The position numbers and the translations under genes were made by a program. 64,000 nt of DNA. Origin: Candidatus Falkowbacteria bacterium (GTDB lineage Bacteria > Patescibacteriota > Patescibacteriia > UBA11705). Every line of letters starts with the position of its first letter. Positions within the stretch are counted from its first letter, which is position 1. The stretch spans positions 299,785 to 363,784 of the forward strand of contig DOZJ01000002.1 in assembly GCA_003518055.1 (NCBI GenBank), read 5' to 3'. Of this stretch, positions 56,215 through 64,000 are shown one piece after another. The notes under the pieces were generated by a model. The model made no database searches. It was not told the origin of the DNA and saw only the letters and a list, made by a program, of their open reading frames with translations.

Positions 56215-56764
56215 TTTTATTTAGTGTCGGTAGAAGAGAAAACTCCGGCCCATCCGGTGTCCAATGAGCCAAGACTTTGATTGTCCTAGCCTTAGATAAC
56301 GCCGAATGATCTTGGTCAATCCAGACTTGGCGCCGGATCAAAATCCTCAAGCAATTTTTCACAATCGGTATGAGATTCCGCCAATCAGATCGTTGAGCTG
56401 TCCCTTTCCAGCCGGTTTGCTGGTCGAAATCATAATTGCCGTTTTTATACCATTGCCAGCCGCGAGAAATTAGGAAGAGTGAGTGCGTTATAAGCGAAGC
56501 CTGAACATAAATAATCAAGTCGTATTTTTCAAGCGGTTCCCGCGCGCCGCCGCCGGTGCCATGGACGTCTTCGATAAAATAAAATGTCCCTTCGGCAAAA
56601 GTTTTCGGCTCGGCGCAATCTCGATCGATCGGGTGACGGGTGGTGATAAAATTATCCGCGTCAAAGTGGGCGACCGGCCACTGAAGCGATCGAAATAACT
56701 GAACTAATTGTCGGCGCAAAGTGCTTTTACCAACAATCCCAATGCCGGTAATCAGAATTTTCAT
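56207..56764 (-). CDS. P-loop nucleoside/nucleotide-kinase-like protein (orphan cassette)
   Basis: ILITGIGIVGKST Walker A; GAGGAG SD; TTGACA-17-TAAAAT promoter (56798-56826). Confidence 0.75.
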   Translation of the reverse strand: MKILITGIGIVGKSTLRRQLVQLFRSLQWPVAHFDADNFITTRHPIDRDCAEPKTFAEGTFYFIEDVHGTGGGAREPLEKYDLIIYVQASLITHSLFLISRGWQWYKNGNYDFDQQTGWKGTAQRSDWRNLIPIVKNCLRILIRRQVWIDQDHSALSKARTIKVLAHWTPDGPEFSLLPTLNKTI

Positions 56765-56854
56765 GGTGGTCTCCTCATTTTGGGTATTGAACAGATTATT
56801 TTAACATCCAGTTTGGGAATTGTCAATCGTTAGGTCGTTTGAACCAAAATAAAA

Positions 56855-58612
56855 ATGAAAAACAAAACCAAAGATCTGCTGCTCGTTTTTAGTCATGTTT
56901 ATAAACTTATAATCGGTTATAAGCGGCTTTTGTTTTTTTCGGTTTTTATCGTGATGTTAACGCAAGTGATTGATTTGGCCGGCCGATATTTATTCAAAGA
57001 TATTATCGATGGATTAATTAGTGATCCGATCATTGCCGTCAATAAACTCGTGCTGCTGGTTGGCGGCATGGTCGCCGTTTATTTTTCGATCAGTGTCTTG
57101 GAATATTTCAGCACCTTATACATTGTAAAGACTGAGGTCCAGATCGGCCACGAATTGATGCTGCGGGTGTATCAAAAACTGATGGATTTATCCCTCGGTT
57201 ATCACGAAAAAGAAAATACCGGCTCTAAATTGACCAAGATTCAATACGGGATCGAAAGTATCAAAAATATTTATTCCCGATTTTTTTGGGATTTTTTTCC
57301 GACGCTGATTAAGATTTTATTCACCTTCGGATTTTTTATCGTGCTTGACTGGCGCATCAGTCTGGTCTATTTGATTATTGTGCCTTTATTCATTATCAAG
57401 TCCCTGAGACTCAACTTTCGGTTGTATCCTTTCCGCAAAAAAATCCGCCGCGGTTTTGAGCATGTCTACGGCGATATGGGGCAGACGGTGTACAATATCA
57501 AAACCGTTCAGGCGTATGTGCAGGAACACACGGAAATGGGCCGCAGCAAGCGCGGCGTGGCCGGAATCCTGAGAACCCAACTGGATTTCTTCCGGATTAT
57601 GTTCTCCGGCAATTTTATCCGCTACAATCTTATTACCATCGGCATGGCCGCGGTCATCGGTTTCGGTTCTTATCTTGCCTACATCGGCGCCGTCACTCCC
57701 GGCGAATTGGTTATGTTTTTAACTCTGGCCATGGAGTCATACTTTTCTTTGTTTCAATTATCCCGCGTTTATGATCATATTATGGAAGCCAAAGTCGGCG
57801 TCGAACGCATCACCAAGATATTGGAATCCGAACCGGATATCGATAAACATCTTGGTCAGGAAAAAATTGATCTGCGCGGGCAAATCGAATTTCATCGGGT
57901 CTATTTCAATTACGGCGAAGGCAACGTGATCAAAGATTTTACTTTAAAAATCAAACCCGGCGAAGTAGTCGCGTTTGTCGGTCCGTCCGGCGGCGGCAAG
58001 TCCACCATTGTCAAATTGCTCTATCGGTATTTTGACGCAGTCAAAGGCTCAATCCTTATCGATGGGATCAATCTCAAGGATTTGGATCTCGAATATTACC
58101 GCCGCCAGCTCGGCATTGTGACGCAGGATATTGATATTTTTAATGACACCATAGAATCTAATATCAAATACGGTGACCAGACCGCGTCGGCGCGGCGCAT
58201 CGTCGAGGCGGCCAAAATCGCCAACGCCGATGAATTTATTCGCAAGCTGACAAAGAAATATCAGTCCATTGTCGGCGAACGGGGGATCAAGCTTTCCGGC
58301 GGTCAAAAACAACGGATCGGCATCGCTCGAGCCGTGTTGGTCGATCCTAAAATTTTAATCCTTGACGAAGCGACCAGCTCTCTCGACGCCGAGTCAGAGG
58401 AAATGATCAAGCAAGCCATTAACACAGTGATAAAAAATCGCACCACCATTATTGTGGCCCACCGGTTGTCAACCATTCAGCACGCTGATCGGATTGTGGT
58501 GATTGACAAGGGCCGCATTGTCGAACAGGGGACTCACAAAGCATTGTTGCGCCAAAACGGCACTTACGCCCGATTGATCAAATTACAAATAGGGGGATAT
58601 TTAAGCTCATAA
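56855..58612 (+). CDS. ABC exporter (TMD-NBD fusion, MsbA-like)
   Basis: GPSGGGKST, LSGGQKQR, ILDEATS, AHRLST. Confidence 0.95.
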   Translation: MKNKTKDLLLVFSHVYKLIIGYKRLLFFSVFIVMLTQVIDLAGRYLFKDIIDGLISDPIIAVNKLVLLVGGMVAVYFSISVLEYFSTLYIVKTEVQIGHELMLRVYQKLMDLSLGYHEKENTGSKLTKIQYGIESIKNIYSRFFWDFFPTLIKILFTFGFFIVLDWRISLVYLIIVPLFIIKSLRLNFRLYPFRKKIRRGFEHVYGDMGQTVYNIKTVQAYVQEHTEMGRSKRGVAGILRTQLDFFRIMFSGNFIRYNLITIGMAAVIGFGSYLAYIGAVTPGELVMFLTLAMESYFSLFQLSRVYDHIMEAKVGVERITKILESEPDIDKHLGQEKIDLRGQIEFHRVYFNYGEGNVIKDFTLKIKPGEVVAFVGPSGGGKSTIVKLLYRYFDAVKGSILIDGINLKDLDLEYYRRQLGIVTQDIDIFNDTIESNIKYGDQTASARRIVEAAKIANADEFIRKLTKKYQSIVGERGIKLSGGQKQRIGIARAVLVDPKILILDEATSSLDAESEEMIKQAINTVIKNRTTIIVAHRLSTIQHADRIVVIDKGRIVEQGTHKALLRQNGTYARLIKLQIGGYLSS

Positions 58613-58613
58613 T

Positions 58614-60434
58614 ATGAAAAAAATTTTAGTGTTCATCATTTTTCTCTGCCTGCCGGTGTTCTCGGTGATCGCCACCGACTCTTCTGACTCCTACCCACCG
58701 GTGGACTATGATAAAATTGTTCTGCCGGAAGAAATCGAAACGGGATTTTCTTTGGCTGAACCGTCGAGGGATAGTTCATCCTCGAATGTTGGGTTTATCC
58801 CCGATGATCTTTTGTATGACTGGGTAATTGAGGCTTTCGACGCGGTATATCAAGTCAAAGATGACGGCACGATCGAGGTGACGGAAACAATTTTGGCTGA
58901 TTTTCATGAGGAAAAACATGGAATCTTTCGTTCCATCCCGATTGAGTACAAAGATACTCAGGGGTTTAATTATAAATTACGGATTTCTAATGTGTCAGTC
59001 ACGAATGAGGTCGGTGATAACTATCCTATCGCCGATAGGGGTAGCAACCCATTTTATCTGAAGATTGGTGACCCAGATGTTACCCTCACCGGCAAGCATA
59101 TTTATGTCATTCAATACACCATCGATCGTGGTATTAGATTTTTTACTGATCATGATGAGTTCTATTTCAACATAACCGGCAGTGAATGGGATACTTATAT
59201 CGCAGCGGCTTCTGCTACTATCAAATTTGATCCGGTGGCGGTGTCAGAGACCCATTGGGCCTGCTACTTTGGTTCTCCCGGGAATGATTCCGAAGGCTGT
59301 GTTTTGACCGGTCAGACAGATTCGGAGCTCCATTTCGCCATCAATCGTCCGCTGATGAATGCAGAGAATGAAGATTTTACAGTAGTTGTGTGGTTACCTA
59401 AAGGTGCCGTGCCGCCATTAACCCTGAGTCAACAGGTGAAATACTGGATTCTGGACAATTGGGGTTTATTTATCGCTCCGATTGTCTTTTTATTAATGTT
59501 CTACCTGTGGTGGCGCAAGGGGCACGATCCGAAATTCACCAAAACTGTCATCGCTCAATATGATGAAGATCCGGCGCTCTCTCCTCTGCTGGCCAATGTG
59601 ATTCTCAAAGACGCCACATTTTCCAGCCGCGCCTTGTCAGCGGAGATTGTTTATTTGGCGGCGCATGGCTATATGACGATCACTGAAATTCTAAAACCGA
59701 ACAACAACAAGGTTGATGATTATGAATTGGTCAGGATCAAAGAACCGGATGACAAATTAAAATCATATCAACGCATCTTATTAACCAAACTATTCAGTTT
59801 GGGCGTAAACGGAAAGGTGTTGATGAAGAAAGATTTGAAGTATAAATTTCATCTCGAAATCCCCAAGATAAGAAATGAGGTAAATAAAGCTGTTGAGCCG
59901 TATTATGCTACTTCGCCTGAATGGCGGATCGGACTTATGATTGTCGGTGGTTTGGTCGGCGGCGGCGGGTGGATCGCGGGCGTCACACTCGGCCGGCTGG
60001 ATTTAACCATCGGCGGCGTTTTGGCCGGAATCGCTATTGTCGGCTTTGGTTGGTTTATGCCAAAAAAAACGTTGGCCGGTCAGGAGTTAGCTTGGCATAC
60101 CCGTGGACTTAAGGAATTTATCAAAGTTACGGACAAAGACCGCGCTAAATTTTATGAGGACAAAAATATGTTTGTCAAAGGATTACCATACGCCATGGTC
60201 TTTGGTCTGGCAGACAAGTGGGGCAAGGCCTTTGAGGGGATATATACCGAATCACCAGATTGGTATCATACGACCCGCATGGGAGCTTTTAATTCCTTGA
60301 TGTTTACAAATTCAATCTCATCATTCAGCTCCACTTCGAACTCTAATAGTTTTGCCGCGCCATCTTCCAGCTCCGGTTTTAGCGGTGGCGGAGCCGGTGG
60401 CGGTTTTGGCGGCGGTGGCGGCGGCAGCTGGTAA
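58614..60434 (+). CDS. DUF2207-family membrane protein
   Basis: DGTIEVTETI, HGIFRSIP, LPYAMVFG, C-terminal GGGAGGGFGGGGGGSW. Confidence 0.9.
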   Translation: MKKILVFIIFLCLPVFSVIATDSSDSYPPVDYDKIVLPEEIETGFSLAEPSRDSSSSNVGFIPDDLLYDWVIEAFDAVYQVKDDGTIEVTETILADFHEEKHGIFRSIPIEYKDTQGFNYKLRISNVSVTNEVGDNYPIADRGSNPFYLKIGDPDVTLTGKHIYVIQYTIDRGIRFFTDHDEFYFNITGSEWDTYIAAASATIKFDPVAVSETHWACYFGSPGNDSEGCVLTGQTDSELHFAINRPLMNAENEDFTVVVWLPKGAVPPLTLSQQVKYWILDNWGLFIAPIVFLLMFYLWWRKGHDPKFTKTVIAQYDEDPALSPLLANVILKDATFSSRALSAEIVYLAAHGYMTITEILKPNNNKVDDYELVRIKEPDDKLKSYQRILLTKLFSLGVNGKVLMKKDLKYKFHLEIPKIRNEVNKAVEPYYATSPEWRIGLMIVGGLVGGGGWIAGVTLGRLDLTIGGVLAGIAIVGFGWFMPKKTLAGQELAWHTRGLKEFIKVTDKDRAKFYEDKNMFVKGLPYAMVFGLADKWGKAFEGIYTESPDWYHTTRMGAFNSLMFTNSISSFSSTSNSNSFAAPSSSSGFSGGGAGGGFGGGGGGSW

Positions 60435-60562
60435 TTTCAACTTAAACAATCAAAGTTAATAATCATAAAAGAGGCGCTTTTGGCCTCTTTTGCAGTTATT
60501 GACAATTTGATATCAATGTGATAATCTTTTTTGTTCCTCAACCACGAAGGCAGGAGGGGATT

Positions 60563-60994
60563 ATGGTAGATAAAGTCAGAGTATGCTTGGTCCTGTCGGT
60601 TCTTGACACCAAATTGGGCCGGAATCGTTGTTTTATTTTAGATCGTGATTTATCGTTCAATGCTATTCCTGGCAATACCGCGGGCTTGAATTTTATGGTG
60701 CGGTCGAGAAATAATTATTTTCGACTGGATGGCTTGGTTGTGGCTCCAGATGTTTATCATGATGTGGCGACGGATGTGCGAGTGATTTTTGTTAGTATCT
60801 ATGAACGTGACGAATTGAAAGCCGCGATTGAACAGGAAATTCTCTCATATGAGCCTCATTGTGGTTTGGGCGGTCTTTTGCCGGCCGAAGCCGAGGCTGG
60901 CAATACATCACGGCCACTGTTTATTGAAAGTGTCCGTTTCGCTAAAATGCTGGATGAAATTATTATTGAAGTAAGAAATAGGGGTGCTGAATAA
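60563..60994 (+). CDS. Hypothetical protein (orphan cassette)
   Basis: TTGACA-17-TAATCT promoter (60499-60527), AGGAGG SD, terminator AACCGC/GCGGTT plus T-run. Confidence 0.7.
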   Translation: MVDKVRVCLVLSVLDTKLGRNRCFILDRDLSFNAIPGNTAGLNFMVRSRNNYFRLDGLVVAPDVYHDVATDVRVIFVSIYERDELKAAIEQEILSYEPHCGLGGLLPAEAEAGNTSRPLFIESVRFAKMLDEIIIEVRNRGAE

Positions 60995-61082
60995 TTGATT
61001 TATCTGAACCGCTATAATTGGCGGTTTTTTTGTTTGACTGAATTTGGTATAATTAGTTAGTGAAGATGAAAGAGTAATCAGT

Positions 61083-61152
61083 GATTAGCGATTAGCAATT
61101 AGCGATTAGTAACTAGCGATTAGTAATTAGTAACTAGCAAATAGCGATTAGC
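61083..61152 (+). repeat. Ten tandem heptamers (consensus GATTAGC)
   Basis: GATTAGC GATTAGC AATTAGC GATTAGT AACTAGC GATTAGT AATTAGT AACTAGC AAATAGC GATTAGC. Confidence 0.9.
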
Positions 61153-61176
61153 ACTATTACATAGGAAATAGTTATT

Positions 61177-61542
61177 ATGAGTAATATAGACAATTTTAGA
61201 GATTTGAAAGCCTGGCAGCACAATCATCAAATTGTTATCAAAATATATCAATTAACCAAAAAATTTCCCGATGAAGAAAGGTTTGGTCTTTGCAGCCAGG
61301 TCAGGCGCTCTGCTTCGTCAATAACCGCTAATATTTCTGAAGGTTTTGGTCGTTATTATTACAAAGATAAGATACGATTTTATTATTTCGCCAGAGCATC
61401 AAGCGTGGAAACCCAAAACCATTTACTTTTAGCTGCTGATCTTGGATATCTATCAAAAGAAATTGTAGAAAATTTATTTGTGCAATTAGGTGAGGGCCAA
61501 AAAATGATAAACGGTTTAATTAACTCATTAAATTCCAGATAG
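61177..61542 (+). CDS. Four-helix-bundle protein (TIGR02436 / 23S rRNA IVP-like)
   Basis: FRDLKAWQ, FPDEERFGLCSQVRRSASSITANISEG, ARASSVE, DLGYL. Confidence 0.93.
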   Translation: MSNIDNFRDLKAWQHNHQIVIKIYQLTKKFPDEERFGLCSQVRRSASSITANISEGFGRYYYKDKIRFYYFARASSVETQNHLLLAADLGYLSKEIVENLFVQLGEGQKMINGLINSLNSR

Positions 61543-61557
61543 TAAATCGTTCTTATC

Positions 61558-61630
61558 CCTAATCGCTAGCCGCTAGTTGCTAATTCCCCGGATTTTCCCG
61601 AATTGCTAATTACTATTTGCTAGTTGCTAA
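61558..61630 (-). repeat. Inverted heptamer repeats complementary to 61083-61152
   Basis: CCTAATC GCTAGCC GCTAGTT GCTAATT ... GCTAATT ACTATTT GCTAGTT GCTAA. Confidence 0.85.
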
Positions 61631-61635
61631 AATAT

Positions 61636-63027
61636 ATGAAACTAAAATTCTGCGGCGCCGCCCAAAACGTCACCGGCTCGCGTCATTTATTGCTTTACGA
61701 CAACAAAAAAATTCTCCTGGACTGCGGCTTGGTTCAGGGTGGTTTCGGCCGGCTTGAAAACCATCAGATGAACAACAATTTTTTGTTTGACCCCAAAACC
61801 ATTGACGCGGTTGTGCTGTCTCATGCCCATATTGATCACGCCGGCAACCTGCCAACGCTGATTCGTCAGGGATTCAAGGGCAAAATTTACTGCACCGAGC
61901 CGACCGTTGAACTGTTGGCTGTGATGCTCGAGGACGCCGCCAAAATTCAAGCTCAGGACGCGGAATATCTGCGCAAACGGTTTCAGGAAGAAATTTCTCC
62001 CTTGTATGACAAAGCAGACGTCGCGAAAACCTTGAAACGTCTGGTCGGTTACAAGTACGGAGAGCCCTTTGAAGTGGAGCCGGGCTGTCAAGCGGTTTTT
62101 TACGACGCCGGCCACGTTCTCGGTTCCGCGCAAGTCTTTTTGACGGTCAATGAAGGTAATGTTACAAGACGGATTGCCTACACCGGCGATCTCGGCCGAA
62201 AAAATATGCCGATTTTAAATGACCCATACCAAATCCCATCGGCCGACGTTTTAATCACCGAGAGTACTTACGCCGAACACCTTCATGATTCATTTGAATA
62301 TGTGTTTGAAGAAATGGAATGGGTCGTCCGAGATGTCGTGGCGCGGGGAGGGAAGATTATCGTTCCGGGTTTTTCGCTCGAACGGACCCAGGAGCTGATT
62401 TATGTCTTGCATAAACTTTATTTGGATAAAAAAATTCCGGCCGTGCCGATTTTCGTCGATAGCCCCATGTCAACCAAAATTTCCGAAGTGTTTATGCGGC
62501 ACGTCGATTATTACGATGATCAGTCGTTCAAAGATTTCCTCGGCCGGGCCAAGAGTCCATTTGCTTTCAAAAATCTGAAATATATCACCTCGGTCAATGA
62601 CTCAAAAAAACTGAATGAATACAAAGGCTCATGTATTATTATTTCCGCCTCAGGCATGTGTACCGCCGGCCGCATCGTTCATCATTTAAAACATAACATC
62701 GAGGATCCCCGCAATTTGATTTTAATTGTCGGCTATATGGCCAAGGGCACTCTCGGCCGACGGATCGTGGAGCAAAAGCGCAAAGTAAAAATTATGGGCA
62801 GCTTTTATAATCTGAAAGCCGATGTTCTGGCCATGAATGAATTTTCCGCGCACGCTGATAAGCTGGAATTGATGGACAATATTAAAAAAATAAAAAAACT
62901 GAAGCAGATATTTATTGTCCACGGTGAAGAGTTGGCCACCGCGTACATGCGCGATAACATAATAAACACCTTAAAATTCAAAGGGGAAGTTTACGCCCCG
63001 AAACTGGGGGAGAGTTTTGATCTTTAA
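61636..63027 (+). CDS. MBL-fold beta-CASP ribonuclease
   Basis: VTGS, LSHAHIDHAG, AGHVLGS, TGDLG, ESTY, ASGM, FSAHAD, VHGE. Confidence 0.95.
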   Translation: MKLKFCGAAQNVTGSRHLLLYDNKKILLDCGLVQGGFGRLENHQMNNNFLFDPKTIDAVVLSHAHIDHAGNLPTLIRQGFKGKIYCTEPTVELLAVMLEDAAKIQAQDAEYLRKRFQEEISPLYDKADVAKTLKRLVGYKYGEPFEVEPGCQAVFYDAGHVLGSAQVFLTVNEGNVTRRIAYTGDLGRKNMPILNDPYQIPSADVLITESTYAEHLHDSFEYVFEEMEWVVRDVVARGGKIIVPGFSLERTQELIYVLHKLYLDKKIPAVPIFVDSPMSTKISEVFMRHVDYYDDQSFKDFLGRAKSPFAFKNLKYITSVNDSKKLNEYKGSCIIISASGMCTAGRIVHHLKHNIEDPRNLILIVGYMAKGTLGRRIVEQKRKVKIMGSFYNLKADVLAMNEFSAHADKLELMDNIKKIKKLKQIFIVHGEELATAYMRDNIINTLKFKGEVYAPKLGESFDL

Positions 63028-63049
63028 TTTTTTTTCAATTTATTTCATT

Positions 63050-63463
63050 ATGTTTTCCGCGGTCTTACTTGATCTCTACGGCGTGATTTATCCCGACGCT
63101 CAAAATCAGTCGGCTGCTTTTGTGGCCAAGATTAAAGAGCTCGGGCTGCAAATAATTGTTGTTACTAATTTGAATGCGGATTTGGCGCGTCAAATTTGCG
63201 ATCAACTTTCGATTCAGCATGTTTACCTCTGCCAGCAACTTGGCTTGGCCAAAACCGACCCTGAGTTGTATGAGCAAATTATTCATGACCACGAATTAAC
63301 CGCCTCGGAAGTGGTGATGCTTGATGACACTTGCGCCAATTTGCAGGCGGCAGGGGAATCCGGCGTCAAAACAGTGTATTTTGGGGCTGACGATTGCCCA
63401 TTTGCCGGCCGAGTTATTAACAGTCTGGATGATTTTTTACTTATTTTAAGCGAAAAGCCATAA
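63050..63463 (+). CDS. Short HAD-superfamily hydrolase-like protein
   Basis: LLDLYGV, VTN, KTDPELY, MLDD...NL.AA..G. Confidence 0.8.
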   Translation: MFSAVLLDLYGVIYPDAQNQSAAFVAKIKELGLQIIVVTNLNADLARQICDQLSIQHVYLCQQLGLAKTDPELYEQIIHDHELTASEVVMLDDTCANLQAAGESGVKTVYFGADDCPFAGRVINSLDDFLLILSEKP

Positions 63464-63537
63464 ATCAAATTGAAATTGTGAAATTCCCTTATTTTTGCTA
63501 AGATTAACTTTAAGATTATTAAAATAAATAATGTACT

Positions 63538-64000
63538 ATGGAAACAAAACCCAACAGCTCAAATAAAATGAATTTTTTTATGGGCTTTTTTGCTGGTCTA
63601 GCCAGCGTTAGTGTGATTGGCTTTTTTGTCCTTTTGGTCATGATTTTTACCGGTAATAATGATGGCGAGGTATTGGCCGGTGCTCGAGCCGGTACGGCTG
63701 ATAACAACGACGCGGCCGCGGCTGAAATTGTCGACGAAGGCGAAACCGCCGCACAGCCGGTTCGGTCAATCTCCGAGGATGATCATTACACCGGTAATCT
63801 CAATGCTCCGGTGCAGTTGATTATTTATGATGATTTTGAATGCCCATTTTGTTTGAGACATGAAGAAACGGTTAAACAGATCCGCAGCGCTTATGGTGAT
63901 GATCAGGTTGCGATCGCTTATCGCCACTTCCCATTATCATTCCACGCCAGCGCGCAAAAAGCAGCTGAAGCCTCAGAGTGCGCGGCTGAACAAGGGAAAT
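63538..64000 (+). CDS. Membrane-anchored DsbA-family thiol oxidoreductase (runs off the window)
   Basis: Own translation: METKPN...TM...YDDFECPFC...RHFPLSFH..AQKAAEASECAAEQGK. Confidence 0.92.
   Translation, partial: METKPNSSNKMNFFMGFFAGLASVSVIGFFVLLVMIFTGNNDGEVLAGARAGTADNNDAAAAEIVDEGETAAQPVRSISEDDHYTGNLNAPVQLIIYDDFECPFCLRHEETVKQIRSAYGDDQVAIAYRHFPLSFHASAQKAAEASECAAEQGK

Noticed and set aside
61177-61542. Diversity-generating retroelement
   Set aside because: Only an Avd-related fold is present; no reverse transcriptase or TR/VR pair was seen in the window.

Overview
Chromosomal window from a reduced-genome bacterium. A Patescibacteria/CPR (Parcubacteria-like) origin is inferred from gene content and repeat families. 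The standard genetic code fits, since TGA and TAA are both used as stops. The window opens inside a type V-A CRISPR-Cas locus: cas12a-cas4-cas1-cas2, a leader, and a 20-repeat/19-spacer array. That locus has three oddities: an in-frame TAA inside cas12a, apparent loss of the Cas12a pre-crRNA-processing loop, and a leader that can fold back onto the first repeat through a gapped anti-repeat. The rest is a housekeeping backbone (tkt N/C, Clp-like ATPase, MraY-family enzyme, rplU, recR, dnaB, folD, glyA, elp3, murC, murB, hpf, secA, secD-parvulin fusion, secF, VirD4-like ATPase, rluB-like, ABC exporter, DUF2207, beta-CASP RNase, DsbA). The backbone genes checked lack clear Shine-Dalgarno (SD) sequences. 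Interspersed are about 15 self-contained orphan cassettes, typically with a TTGAC-17bp-TAnnnT promoter, a strong SD and usually a terminator. Two promoter-driven non-coding transcripts are predicted: about 200 nt at 6.3 kb, and a highly structured ~930 nt RNA at 18.9-19.8 kb with a duplicated motif ending in micro-ORFs. Nested palindromic micro-repeats and heptamer repeats flanking a four-helix-bundle gene are also present. All product calls come from motif recognition by eye; no database search or folding program was run.
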